Below the pieces are notes generated by a model. The model saw only the letters and a program-made list of their open reading frames with translations. It did no database searches and had not been told where the DNA came from. From Lingula anatina (Eukaryota > Animalia > Brachiopoda), in contig CM120641.1 of assembly GCA_051362555.1 (NCBI GenBank), positions 44,646,401 through 44,710,400 on the forward strand: DNA of 64,000 bases. The letters run 5' to 3'. Shown here one piece after another: positions 13,701-27,891 of this stretch. Both the position numbers and the translations under genes were made by a program. Numbering within the stretch: position 1 is the first letter of the stretch; each line of letters opens with the position of its first letter.

Positions 13701-16700
13701 CGACGAGTTTTTTTTTTTTTTTTTTTTCATTTACCAAGTTATGGCAATAGTGGTATTTTATTTATGTCAATTAATTGTATATTATTTTAGGGTGGTAAAG
13801 TGGAATGCGACAGAGAGAGATGTCCCACTAACACGGGCTGCTACATGGTTCTGTTCGACAAGCCCAAGGACCAGTGCTGTAATCTTTGCAAAGGTAAGAA
13901 CCGAAATGACCCTCCTGTGCCGTCCAACAGGTAATAGGAACTAACAGGGACAGTTTTTCAGCTTAGGATAAGAAAGGCGCTTGAACAAGGTCGAAAACAC
14001 CTTTTGCACCTGAGGTGAAAATTCACCGGCTCAGGCTATGAGGCGAAGGTTGCTTACGTCTTCCTCGCAAGACTACTTTGCTCTGTTTATCAAGTTGATT
14101 TTAGAACGCGATGGCTCTTGGCCTCATTTGATGGTTTGTCGCTTGAAGAAATGACATGATTGGTCTTGTTATGTGCTCACGCCCACATGATATATCAGCA
14201 TGCTACCACTGGCATGAACATCACCTCAAGAAAAATATAATAGATTAAAAATATCAGCGTTGCAGTTTCGTAGAATACCTTTCCGTACACAAAACTGGTT
14301 ATTCCCTCTTCGTGTCTGAACTGAACGGTGTGCCAACACAACGACAGAAAAATGGTACAGATTTAGTTCAAAATGACGTGCGAATTTCCATAAAGACCCA
14401 GAGGACACATTCCGAAGAAGATGATGATGGAAAAGTTGTCCCAAATCTTGCTTAGTTTGATTCCCCGTGCAGAGCGATCCCGCTGTCTCGGTTTACGACA
14501 CTCACTGTTAGATACACTGGAAGATAGCGACAGGTGCGGCGTGCGTGCTCTGCTCTATTACGCTACTCGGTCTCATGAAAATTTTTTGTCCTCTTATCCG
14601 CAAATGTGTCCAAGTTGAATAATGATAGGTTTTTTGGGAATGATGATAATGGAGAACATGTGTTAAAGTGAATTTTAGCGGTTACAGCAGCAGCACTATT
14701 ACTTGTATCTTGTAAGTAAAATATTATCAGTGGTAGGTTTTTTTTTTCTCAAATCAGCCATAAAGACACCTTAAGGTGATGAAGATTGATGGTGAAACTG
14801 GGTGTGCGTGCAAATGGAAAGACTTAACTTTAATATAGGTCCCACTTAACTCTCAAGGGGTCCTGGGTTTTAGGGATAAGTGAGTCTACTTGAAGAATTT
14901 TTACGACTTTTTGCAGTTCACACTACCGCAGCGCCACCTAAGAACAACACATTTCACCAAAATTTATCCTAAGAAAATAGTATACTTCTTGAAATTGTAT
15001 TTTAACCGTCTATCAACACAGACTCGTTAATGTAATGAGTGTCTGGGCATCTGTCTCGGAACATTTAATGGCTTAGCTTGGTCACTTACGTGAGGCGACT
15101 AATTGGTCAGCAAGGTACACGGCCACCCAACGCCAAACGCTTAAATTGAGTGCTAATGTCGCCGTAATCTCACGTCGTCATGTTAATTGTCCAACCAACA
15201 GATCTCTATTCATTTTGATAATAAGTGAAGGACAGTTGGGATGATGGTTATTTTGGATATTGTCCACCTGTCAAAAAAGAGAGTGACCTGATGTGACTTG
15301 AGAACCACAAGCGACAAGATAGTCGTTAAGTACAAAGAAATGACATAAAACATACGGACCTGAGATACGGAAGGCAAAACGTTTTAAGATAGAAATGCCT
15401 GAAACCAAATACTCCGTTCTCACACACACAAAAAATAGCGTAATTCTTGTCATTGTATTGCATTTCTCCATTCTTGTCTTTCTAAAGGGACTAAATACAG
15501 CCATCTTCTGCGTGGAACCACCGCAGCGCCTCTTAAAAGTTACCATTCAAAATTACAGTGAAATATATATCGTTTTTCTTCAACAGAAGTTGGACGCACT
15601 GTCTAAACGCGTTGCGACTTTTAAGACTAGGTTGGAATTACACCAGGTAGACAGTCACTGACGGCCATAGATAAGGTGCTCCTTTCTTCTAAAAAAAAAA
15701 GAAAAAAAGCTGCAAATTGAACAAGCATTTCAATTGCATCTTTTGTATTTTTTAAAGCAAAAATACCATGGTTTAAGAAACAGTTTTGGATGAATAAAGG
15801 TTTTAGATGGCGGTACCACCCATAATTAACTCGACCAACTTTTTCAATTCCATAATCCGTTTAGTATAGGTGTTTCACATAAGACCCCGGCGAGTCATAA
15901 TTTACAGTATTGATATGCTGTTGCGTTATAATAGAAATGAAGAACTTTCTCACTTGGAAAATAAATAAAAATATTTTGCTGAATTTTCATATTCGGGTTA
16001 TGGTAAAAGAAAATGGTGAAATTTTCCGAACGAAGTGTAATGGTATCAAAAATTGACTGCATCTTTAAAGCAATGCACAATATGACTTAGTTCTGAAGAC
16101 AATGTGAAATTAATTTTTCCTGTTATTACATTTTAAATTTTGCTTTCACAGGATGCACGTACAAAGGAAAAGAGTACCGGAGTGGCAAGGAATGGAAGGA
16201 TCCGGCAGATCCGTGCCAAGTATACCACTGTTCTGTACGTATGAAATATTCCAAAGAGGATCGATAAATTTGAAAACATTGATATGTTTTTGTATATGCA
16301 CGTGCAGTGTGTGTATGTGTGTGGAAATATTTATTTGTTAAATTTACATAAAATAGGATAGAAATATACAGAATTGAATATTGTTTTTAACCATCCCTAA
16401 ATATATGAACACTAAATTACTTGGTGGACTTTATCTTCATTATCATTATTATCTTTAGTTTATTGTCACCAAATTTTCTATCAGTTTTGTCTAAATGAAG
16501 TCTTAAATCTATTAATGAAGGCGGGAGTAGTGACAGCCACAAGAAGACAGTGTTATGCGCCGTGTTCAAACCCAGTCCCAGTGCCAGGGAAATGTTGTCC
16601 CCAGTGCAACGGTAAGGACTTGATTCAATGTTTTGATTTCTTATCTTGTTCAATAGTATAACATTTTTCAGTTAACAAAATATGACCCTACTTTGATAAG

Positions 16701-19700
16701 GAACCCCCCTGAAGCATGTGGGTATTATGAAAGGCGCCTCCCAATATTTGGTGCCCTATTAGAAATAGACGACTTCGAAATATTGGGTGTAGGTCTCTTG
16801 TTCTGTGTTTTGATTTTTCATCTGAAAGTATCTTTTTCAGTTTACAAAACATGCCCCACAATGATAAAGACATTTCCCCTGGAGCCGTGATATAATATTT
16901 GGTACCCAATTAGAAATTGAGGAGTTAGTTTCTGCGGGACCCGAGGCGGGATTTTTGGGATTTCATTAGGGTCACTAATTTGGTCGTCGTCTGCTAACAT
17001 TGTGAGGGGTGCATACAAAAACATGCCCAAATTGTTGTGAAACTATTCTGTTGTCAGATTCAACAAGAAGAAAATTAAAAGTCGTGTTAAATGACTGTAA
17101 CACATATGAACATTTCCCTCAGGTTGGCCCCGGGTCAATTTACCTTAAACTGGAGAACGTTTCTTTCCTTATATTTATTGTCTGCCAAATTCAACGAGGT
17201 TCGTTTCTCCCGTGTGTACTAGGTCGATTAAGCATACCAGTAACAGACTGGTAAATATTAGTTTATCCATTCATCTGCGGTAAATGCGGAAACTGAAGTG
17301 GATATAGATGTTGTTACATACAGTATCAAACCGAGGAACATCCAATACAAATATTTGTCCCCCGGCGTCCCAAGGTCAACTGAAAATGTCACACTTGTAT
17401 GGTTTTGGAACAATTAAATGGAGATGAAAATTTTTTCAACAATTTGAATCTTTTTTCAGTAAAACTAATTCTCAAGTTCAAGCAAACTTTCGAACGAAGA
17501 AAGATCGCCATTACAAGTCGCCAATTTAGCGATATCAAACTAAAATCAGAGATATTCCCCTTTTCCAGACCTATAGCTAGCATTTTTAGACAGGACCAGT
17601 CTGTCAAATAAATGTGTAACCATTTGCGGAAACGATAAAGTGAATGAAATTACAATTAGATGGCCCATGGACAGATAACAAAAAGGTCAGAACTTTACTG
17701 AGGGTTCATGTTTAGGGTAATCTTAAACTTCCGTTCAGAATGTCATCTCGATATCGTTCCCATTTTACGCCCTGAATCACAGAGTTAACCTCTAGTTGCA
17801 TTTATCGGAAGTGGCAATAGGCATTCTGAAAATTGAGGATGGTTTCAAGTAGGCTCTGAAACTCGGGGGTGCTATTTTAGCAAATTAGTCTTCTTTTCAA
17901 AAAGAAATAAATGAAGATGCCGATAAGGAGGACTTTACTGCCATATCGTCTTAAGGAGACGACTTGAAGCCGTAGTTAAGTTTCCAGTTGGTTAAACTTG
18001 GAACCTAATGTTTAGGGAAAAGAGACAAGAGAGCGGGATCAGGTTTGTTTGATCCTGTTCGGCAGCCGGGAGCCACTTGCTCATCAACGGCACGGAATCT
18101 TTTTTCTCTGCCCGCTGAACGAAATACTTCGACAAAAGGAAGGATCAAAACATATACAGAATATACAGAATGATATCACTGCGGGCGATCTCTAGCGAGA
18201 AACACGGGACGATTTTATGTTTAACCCCTGTCATTGCGTTCAAAAAGCAGAGACCTTGGTTCATCTTGTAGGTCATAGTTTATCGGGAGACGACGAGAAA
18301 AAGTTTATCCCCGCCCCCTTGCCGTCTCAATCTTTAAGAGTGAAGAGAAAGGAGATTATCTGCAACTAATAAGTTTAAGAATGTTATATCGTCTCTATTA
18401 AATCATTTGTTATAGCATTTCAAGAAAGCCAAAAAAAGAAGAAAAGAAAAAGCCAAATAAAGCACATTGATTTGCATCCGCAATTTTTAAATCTCTTTTT
18501 AACTTGCGTAACTTAATTCACAAATCAAATGTATTCTCTTTCAGGATGCAGCGTGGAAGGGAAGATGTATAGAAATGGGCAGAGTTTTTCTCTGAAATCC
18601 GACCCATGTACACAATGTACCTGCAAGGTAGGTCGTCAAAATGTTTTAATCAAGAAAGTAAACCGAGTAATAGTATTCTGTTAGCTTGGAACCGAACAGA
18701 TGAACTCCGATCTCCCCTCAACCACAACACCGAGGGTCCAACATATGTTTTATCCCAAACTCCACCAACCAAGTCCGTTGAAAATATTTCCAAACTATGC
18801 ATAAATTAACTACGTATGTGGTAGTGCTTGAGAAAATGAGCGCATATTTCACCTTGTTTGCCCACGGATTTGTGTAAGAATATAAACTCAGTTTGATTAT
18901 TATTGACATTCTTATCAGAAATCGATTCTCACCCTGTTGCCAATGCGCTGGTAGGTAAGCCATGTCGGTAAACACGAGGTCCTTGCAGCACTAAGCTGAC
19001 ACTTCAGTCGCAGAGGTTTAAAACACACTTAGTTTATCTTTTCCAAACATGGCTAAGCATTCGGGCTACCTAGCTTTAGGCAGAGTTTAATCAATGCCAC
19101 GGTAATTTATTACCGAAATTCCAACAGGGAATGAAAAGGTGCGTTGGGCGAGGTATTAGTCGAGATAAAAGCGCAATTTTCAGATACTAAGGTCTCTTTT
19201 CACGCGGGTCAGCCGTCTTCCCTCGCTGCACTGCGCCAGCTGAAAGTCTGTCAAACAATAAAAAAGGCGACATATTCACCCAACAGTTGTGTGTGAAAAG
19301 CCATCTAAAGTGGAAGTCGTGTTTGTTATCAAAAGTTAATTTCTATTTGTAAACCCGACACGACGGCAAGCATGCCGATCTTGTTTGATTTATTTTTATT
19401 ATTTTCAACACGTATTTAATTTTGTGTTTTTTAGAAAGGAAATGTTCAATGCAGTAAACGTGCATGTCCAGTTTTAAACTGTCCACCTGAGGTCATTTAC
19501 ACACCAAAAGGAACATGCTGCCCACGCTGTAATGGTAAGAATATATTTCGCTATATATCTGGTTTCTTTCTTATTTGATTTCTTTTTAATGTTTCTATTT
19601 TTGTATTCCGTGAGAACCAAATTTTTAGTTTAGTAGCATCCTTTGCGCTTTACTGAGCCAATTGTCTGCAATAAAAAAGTACTTATATTTTTGATGAAAT

Positions 19701-22700
19701 TGTTTACTTGACCACAAAAATATAATTATATCGAAATTGTGACTGATTCTCTGCAGGTTCAAGGACGTTTTTCGACTTGGGGAAGACGCGCTGTTTATTC
19801 AGATACAAGGTGTACAAGGAGGGCCAGTACATGCCGCTGGATAAGTGCACGGGTTGTACTTGCAAGGTAATTGATAGGATATACATTTTAGCATTCAGAA
19901 TGAACTAATGTTATTCTACATGTAGATTTAATAATTTGCAGAAATTAAATTAAGGAAACTCTCACCAAGTTTTTTTTGTCTTTGCAACTGAAAATGTTAA
20001 TGGTAAAAGATGTTTGAATTATAAGAAAATTCAAATTCAAACGAACAATTTTCACGAATGACGCGATCATCAAATGCTTTGGAATAATCGGTATTTTATT
20101 GTCTCCAGACTGGAACTATGGTGTGTGAGAGCGAGACTTGTCCACCACTCACGTGCGCTGAGGACGAGATTATACGAGATGAGGGATCCTGCTGTGCAAG
20201 GTGTAAACCCAAGAAAAAGTGCGAATACAATGGTGTTCTTCACGAGGTACGAAAATAAAATCAAACCTTGGGCAGATTGAGATTTGAGATTTGATTATTC
20301 AAGTTGATTATTAAAAATGATAAAGACATCGTTATCGAAAAAAAAATTAAAAATCTGAAATCAATAAAAAAAGAAATAATATAACATTCAGTCAGGTAAG
20401 ACTAACGTTATAGAAGTTTATTTGTTCTTTCTACGTTCTTCTAAGCTATCCTCATCCTCTGAATTATATTTGATCAATCACGACATGTTAACTATTACAG
20501 CATCGAGCAACATGGAAGCCAGATCTCTGCACCACCTGCACCTGTGACAATGGTTCCAGCAAGTGCGAGCTAGAACAGTGCAGCAACCGACTGGAGTGTC
20601 CCCCCAACCACCGCCTCCAGATGGTGTATGGACAGTGCTGCCCAAAATGTGTAGAAGGTGAGTTTCAGATTTATTATTTAAAATGTCGTCACCAGAGTTC
20701 GTTCTATTGGATGGACCGTGCACTTAAAGGCAGTAGATACAGCGAAAAGAGGCAGATAGCGAAGATGAAACCCGGGGTGTTGGTATCGTGACCCAAATGA
20801 TCTGAAGTGGGAAAAGTTATGGGTTTCTGTTGTTGACAGGACCAGGGCACGGAAATATATTACTCGGGCTCGATCGTTCGTCTCTTTGTCATACTGCGTG
20901 TGTGTGTGTGTGTGTGTGTGTCTTTTGTCATTTCGTTTCGCGTGCTCCGCACGACCCGTATTAATTCAATAGTTCGGGGTTAGTAAGAAAATAAAAGACA
21001 ATTGGAATAGTATACGTTTCTCCCCCCATCAAGGTAGTATTTCGTCTTTTTTCATTTTCATTTTTTTCTTTTTTTGCGTGAAGAGAGAAAATACGCTTCA
21101 TTTATAAATTGGATATTCATGTGCAACGAGTGTAATTTTAACCCAAAGAGATTTTTGTGCAAACATTTTCTTACATAGTAGAAAATTAAGTTGAAAGAGA
21201 ATACTTAATTCCAACATAATTAAAGACAAAACCTATGAGGGGCATTTTATTTATACAGACGTGTCTTTTTAGATAAATCTTAAAATATGACAGAAACCAG
21301 GTGACTATATCAACAACGCGTGTCAGTCTGCAAGGACAGATGTGAATAGATGATAAAATTAGAAACGAAATATTATGTACCACCAAAAATACCATTGTCC
21401 CAGCCTACGGATTTCCGACTTAGCAAATAACGTATGTGTGCTTAAGAGTCATTACGACAATTATAATCATAATCATCATCAGCGGCTTATATCTATGTCT
21501 CTGTTGAGTCGTGTTATCATGGTAATGTAAGGCAGCTAACCAGACCGCTATGGCGACCGACTTCCAAAAGAGTCGCGTATTATGGTGGCGCCAACAGTAA
21601 TCATTGGCAAGTCAGTAAGTCAGGAGAGGATAACAGTTCCATGACTCTTTATGTCTGAAGACCTAATTCATCAGTCGCCTGTCTATCTGGCTATTAATTA
21701 CTATAAAGAACGTTGGTTATCTGGTGAGAGACGACATGCGGTAGTTTCGAAACATAATGCATGAAGTTAATTAATAAATATTAATAAGAGTAATAAAAAT
21801 GAAGAAATGAAGTAAAATGATAATGACCATAATGGTTTTTATAAATAGATAGTCTAATAAATGTGAATTAAAAAATGAAATAAGTTAAAATAATCAAAAG
21901 TGAATATTATGAATTTGGTATTCAAAATCTTTATAATGAAGTTTGAACATCAGTAGGATCGTATTACAAGTTGTGCTTGCTTTTACTTTTCTATTTACTT
22001 TCATTTATATATGTCCCTTTGTTTTATTATTATTATCTTGTGTTTGCGTGTGTGTGTTTCTCTTATTAATATTTTGTGTGTGGGTTTCTCTTATTTTTCA
22101 AATTTGGATTAATCGTGGGAAAGTGAATAACTTCTATCTGTTTGAATATAATATATTTTTTTCATGTTAATTTTTTTTAAATAAATTCAGAAGATGCAGT
22201 GTGCGCTGTCTTCGGGGACCCCCACTACCGGACCTTCGACGGGCGAATTTTCAACTTCCAAGGCACGTGTCGCTACGTGTTGGCCCAGGACTGTGCAAAT
22301 AACTCCTTCTCCGTCCGCGTGCAAAACCACGCCCGATCCACCCACTCTTTCGCATGGACAAACCGAGTCAGCATCCACCTGGGAAAAACAAAAATAGTTC
22401 TCCAGCAAAATTTAGTCATTAAAGTGGACAATAAAAAAGTGGACATTCCGCATGTGAAGCTGGGGGCGTTCTCTGTAATGAAGAGCGGATATTCCGTCAT
22501 CGTACGGACTAATGTTGGACTCAAAGTGATTTGGGATGGCGACAGTTACGTCGAGGTCGCAGTTCCGGCGAAATACAAAAGTAAAATGTGTGGACTGTGT
22601 GGAAATTACAACGGAATCGAAGCAGATGATTTCAAGGGTAAGAAAGGAGGACTCTATCTAAATGCGGATAAATTTGGAAACTCCTGGCGCATAGGCAGCA

Positions 22701-23358
22701 GAAAATCTTGTTACAAATCACACGCAAAGAAAAGATCAAGAGGCAAGAAGAACAGATACGATGCATCGTGTAACAACGATTTCACGAAGAAAACCAGAGC
22801 CGCCGAAGAATGCAGCATTCTTAAGGGACAAGTGTTCTCCCAATGCCGTTCTAAGGTGCCAGTGAAGCATTATTACAGGTCAGTATAATATCAAGACATC
22901 AATGAAATTCTCCTTGCTTTTCAGAAATAATCCCCGATAATCACCAGCAAAATTACTTCTGTTGTTATCATTATTATTAGTTATACATAGTAGTAGTAGT
23001 GTTGTTATTTTTGTCATTATTTCTGTTATCATTATCATTTGCTAAGCCCAAGTAGGGCTACAGCACTTGTAAACATGATTGTACACGAAGTATTTGACGA
23101 AGAAGGAATAGAAATTATTCAGGCCTGCCCTGCTTAAAGATATACATCAAACAATACACACTTGAGCTTTGGTATAAATACATGAATCTAACTGAATATA
23201 TTATTTTTCTTCACAGGTCTTGTATTACAGACATGTGTGAGTGTCCCAGTTCTCGACAGAATTGCGTGTGTGAATCTCTGAAAGCGTACGCTCGTGAGTG
23301 TGAGCGCAAGGGCGTTAAGATTGACTATAGTCAAACAACGTGCAAGGGATCCCGGTGA
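7751..23358 (+). CDS. BMPER: BMP-binding endothelial regulator / crossveinless-2 (signal peptide, 5 vWC repeats, vWD, C8), ~623 aa, 12 coding exons
   Basis: Exons 7751-7841, 9411-9496, 13791-13893, 16152-16234, 16521-16611, 18545-18627, 19435-19534, 19757-19866, 20109-20246, 20501-20657, 22191-22878, 23217-23358. All introns are GT-AG and phases join into one ORF. Five CxxCxC...CCxxC vWC repeats; vWD starts [14 protein letters not shown] (GDPH autocleavage site) and contains GLCGNYNG; basic cluster [10 protein letters not shown]. Confidence 0.95.
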
Positions 23359-23395
23359 CGTAACTCAACCGTGTTTTCGCCATTGGAATATTAAA

Positions 23396-23768
23396 GTAAG
23401 CTTTGCTTTTTATGACTCATTCAGTGCTTCATTTCCCCCTTGTTCTTTTTAGAAGGGGAACTACAATTGCCCTTAAAATCGACCTTTGATACGCACATTT
23501 TTATCACTTTATTGTAATAGTAACATTAATTGCAATAACATAAACACCTGTAATGGAAAGTGAAGAAAGTAAGAATTATTACCATTAAGAAATCATTAAG
23601 AAATCATATCATTAAGAAATATCTGACTTGTTGATTGAAATATCTTTAACTCATTTATTATGAAGACTAAACACAGTAAGACTCGGCGGCATCGCAAGCA
23701 TTTAACTCCCGACTGACTCAAATTATGGCGCGACTAATTTTGCTAATTACATATAATTTTCTTCACAG
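23396..23768 (+). other. Probable intron in BMPER 3' UTR
   Basis: AAA|GTAAG donor 37 nt after the TGA; acceptor ttttcttcacAG at 23768, with the same end as the acceptor of the last coding exon. Confidence 0.55.
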
Positions 23769-26496
23769 GTATTTTCCGACCTCGTGGTGCTGTGATGTGA
23801 CGTCAGAGACCTGTGATATTTCCTACCTCACCGTAATCTCATGACCACAGCGATGATATATTACCTGGTGCTTCCCTGTCCACGCCTTTCGTGTTATTCT
23901 TAAGAAAAACATTGCATTGCGGCAGTGGGAATAACTAAATTAAAACGTCGCTTCAGGAAAATAACTTTATTCCCAGTCTTCAGACAATCTTGTGCTAAAG
24001 TAGAAACCATAGTTGGTGCTAAGCAGTAATTTTATGCCCTGTTGTTGAAAGAAAATATGTTTTATTTTATACTTAATAGTCGTTAGGATTCAATCAACGT
24101 CGCCAATGACACATCTTCTGAGAAGATGTAGTGTCACAACCGGTATTGTGTTGCTTGTCTCAGCAACTGCAATCCGCATCAATGCAGCTTAACTTGAAAA
24201 ATACTCAATTTAAAGTCAGTAAGTCTTGCCTAGTATAGCTAATATGATATTGTATTGCTACTGAAATCTGAGATTTTATCAGCATTAATTTTTTCTGTAA
24301 AATATTGTTTTATTAGGAGTGTCTCCTGTTTTATATATATATATATGAGACTCATTACCACATGTACATGGATACACTTTCAGGTCTGTCTATCAAATGG
24401 ATTTAGAGACTTGGTTTAATTATTTTTCATATTTATCTACAAACAATTATATATATTGGGTGATAGTCTTTTATAATTGGAATTACGGATTTGTCTGGCA
24501 GGTTTTGATTTATATTGAGATGTCAGAAACGATTTTGCTGTTTGTCAAAGAAAAAAGTTCTATGATAAAAATACACTACATGTATTGCTTTTTTATTTAA
24601 CTTTTAAGAACTGATCAAATAACTTTTAATACATGTTCTGAGAAGGCCAAATGTCTTTTTAGAAATATACAATATACTGTACAGTGATCCCCTCCTCACT
24701 CTCTCTCAACATCTTAACAATACTGTAAGTAGTACATAGATCACAAGAATATTAATTTTGATTCTAAATTATTTTTATTCATGAAACAATGCATTGTAAA
24801 TACTTATTATGTTTTTCACCACTACATAAATAAATATATATCCTTTTACCAACTATTACTATTTATGGCAAATTTGTACATGCCACCTAAGTATATAATA
24901 TATATTATATAATATACATTCTTCTATATTTATGAGCAATTTGTAAATAAAAATCCTAGATATATATTATATGTAAGATTATCTGTATTTATGATCCACC
25001 TGTACATATCACTTACTTTTTGTAAATGTATAGATATACAAATATATTCCTTAAGCTATGTATTACCCTTGTAATTTATTCCCTCAGTGCAGCCTATTTT
25101 ACTCTTCAAGTTCTAAGCATTGGATATTAGAATTGGTGACTATATATGAAAATACATTAAGTCATTCACTATTCATGTCATTCATTTTTATAATTGAGAA
25201 TTTGCACAATGATGTATTTTGAGAACTGAAGATCACTGTTTACGGAATTATATAAAAATAAAAGCAATTATCAGTGTTGAAAAGTGTCTTGTATTGTTTT
25301 CCAGCTTTCTGCTGGTTCAACATTCACGTCAGCGTTTTTAATGAACAAAGACATTTAATTCCCCATTTAAAAGCAACTTGTCAACTTTCCCTAAACATTC
25401 ACAATGTTTGAAAATATGAGGAAAGCGCGATTTAAATGTTAGCAAAGTGTGTCTTTATTATTTTTCTTTTTATAAGTACACTATATATAGAGAACGGCAT
25501 CTATGCACTTGCCATTCTCCGCCTGCGTTATGTATTGGGATAATAAAAAAATTATTCCTAACTGCTGCAATATACGTGGGATTCAAAGCGTAATGGGGTT
25601 TGCAAAAAGATGGGGGACACTGGTGATGCCCAAAAGTTACCACGACGTGGCCGCCTGAAAAAGACGAGTGCCAGAGACGGCAGGCGGCTTTTTCTACTGC
25701 CGAGGCTACGAAAGTTTTTGTCGTGCAATGTTTGGCGATAGAGTGGCCGTGCAACAAGTAGCCTCTATTAGCAAAAGAAGGTTGTCAAAGATGGTTCTTT
25801 ACCTCAAAGGAAGAAACCAGGGGTAAACCAATTATCACCACGGTAAGCTGGCGGAGAAGAGTGACATGGAAAGCAAGAGCACTCGCTTGGACCCCATGTC
25901 GAATCTTGTGTCATTTTGTATTTTCCGATGACTCCAAATTCACCCTGAACAACAGGGGTGGATAAGTGAGAGCACATCATTGGTTATCTGCCAGTGAAGA
26001 CGCGTTTCCTACACATGGCTGCCCTACATTTAATACTGATATAATAACAACATAATTCATGCAAGGAAAAGCATTGGTCTGTAACCTGTAATCAAGTTCT
26101 TGAAATTACCAAATAGCATTAAAATTCGAAGTGAAAAACAAACAAGCCAAAAATCCATGTCTCATTTATCTTATGGTGCAATACTTTTGTTGCCCCCTGT
26201 ATTAACAACCTGCAGTCAAACCCCTCTTTCCATATGTTATACTTTATTTAGTTCCTCGATAACCAAATCCTATCTTTTAATAATTCAAAACACTTTATAT
26301 AAGAAGATATGAAAACCCATAGCATTGGCTGAACCCCCAAAACACGTAGGCTAACCTTGATATTCTTTTCCTTATGTATAACAATAAAGATGCAGGCACT
26401 CAATAAGATAACTGATTAAAACTTAATGAAAGATGCTACCTATATGATGAGTAGTTCTCCAGGCTGTCAGGTGGCTGCTCTGCGGATTCCAATACC

Positions 26497-27891
26497 ATGA
26501 ACAGGGTCTTCCTTCGTTTGTGTAGTTGCTTTTGTTCAACAAAAGGCCGAGCAATTTTTTCAATCGGCGGTCTGTTTTTTCTATTGTTTTCGTTCATAGT
26601 AGACACGAAGCACTCTAGTTCAGTAACACAAAGCGGACAATATGGCACAGGTATCTGTCAACAGAAATATATCTACAATTACGTCCTGGAAGGTATTACC
26701 AGGCACGGCAATGGCACGCGTCTGTTAAAAGCACCCATCAGTACTTGCTACATGAAAAGCTTCCCTTCCTGGTTGTTGAGGGAGAAGTTTGATGATGAAC
26801 TCCACGTCAACGCCTCGTTTATGTCAGTGGCTTTGGCAGATGAGATGAAAAGGTGCAGCAATGGAGAAAGTGGACATTTAGATATTATTTTACGCGCAAA
26901 AGTGAGAAACTACACGGCGAGCGGAAAGCTTCAAATGAATTACTTGTTGAAGCTGACAGTGAATTGCAGCTACGATCCAGTGGAAAGCGGTCATTTCCTG
27001 GGGATACCAGCCGTTATGTACGAACGACATGGCGGACCAGAGGATGCCAGGTTGTTTGTTGTGGATGGAAGCAATGTCATTGTTTATTCAAGAATAGTCG
27101 AAGGGTTTCTCTCCAGAGTGTATTTGTACAATATTGACACCGATGAGGGTCCGAAGCGAATACAAGTCAATGACATGGCCCTTCAAGGGTGGGAAAAGAA
27201 CTGGGTACCGATTCAGTTCACAGCTTCGTTTCCACCCTATAGTCAAAGCTCCTACACAGCCAAAGACAAGACATTTTTTCTAGTTTATTCACTATCCCCA
27301 TTCATTATGTTAAAATGCGACTACGCCTCCGCCGTATGCTCCCAGCATAACGCTGTACCCGGATCAGATTTGAATAAAAAGTCTGACACGACTTTACCTG
27401 GGGACTCTATCAATCCACTCAACCCGGCTCCTTCAAAACAAAGACGAGGGTCATCATTTCTCCGGAACGGCACACCTTTTGTTCATTACAAGGACGACCT
27501 CCATATAGCACTGATTCACCGACGCTTTCGCAAAGTTTACCACGTTTACCTTGCGGTTCTAAGCTCCAGAACACTTAGTATTATATACATCAGCGAGCCT
27601 GTGCGATTTCACGCAGACCTTTACTGCATTACCATTCAGCCAAAATCTTTTTTCCCATTTGTGTATCCAACTTCACTGATATTGAAAAATCCGGATACGT
27701 TACATATTGGAGCACACGTAAATGACAGAGAAGCCATCATGTTGAGAATGACCGGAGTTCAAAGCTTAATGAACTCTCTCTTGGAGAAAGACCACCACAC
27801 CGGGCTATCAGACACTGACATAAAACTCTACGTAGAGACCCACGACTTGGCGAAAAGAAGGCGATCATGTGCAAATAACTTTAGTTGGTAG
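26497..27891 (+). CDS. Intronless type II membrane protein, beta-1,2-mannosyltransferase (GT91/BMT)/GH130-like beta-propeller, copy 1 (464 aa)
   Basis: Uninterrupted 464-aa ORF. N-terminal signal anchor (AIFSIGGLFFLLFSFIV). Motifs GPEDARLF, WEKNWVP and LRNGTPF occur in the order of BMT-family GPEDPR / EKNW / RGGT. Confidence 0.75.
   Translation: MNRVFLRLCSCFCSTKGRAIFSIGGLFFLLFSFIVDTKHSSSVTQSGQYGTGICQQKYIYNYVLEGITRHGNGTRLLKAPISTCYMKSFPSWLLREKFDDELHVNASFMSVALADEMKRCSNGESGHLDIILRAKVRNYTASGKLQMNYLLKLTVNCSYDPVESGHFLGIPAVMYERHGGPEDARLFVVDGSNVIVYSRIVEGFLSRVYLYNIDTDEGPKRIQVNDMALQGWEKNWVPIQFTASFPPYSQSSYTAKDKTFFLVYSLSPFIMLKCDYASAVCSQHNAVPGSDLNKKSDTTLPGDSINPLNPAPSKQRRGSSFLRNGTPFVHYKDDLHIALIHRRFRKVYHVYLAVLSSRTLSIIYISEPVRFHADLYCITIQPKSFFPFVYPTSLILKNPDTLHIGAHVNDREAIMLRMTGVQSLMNSLLEKDHHTGLSDTDIKLYVETHDLAKRRRSCANNFSW

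Noticed and set aside
20595-20610. Apparent frameshift in BMPER exon 10 at the C run
   Set aside because: A recount gives six C; the frame reads [18 protein letters not shown].
26436-26648. Antisense ORFs overlapping the GT91-like genes (also 31405-31605)
   Set aside because: Shadow frames; their conservation is explained by the duplication.
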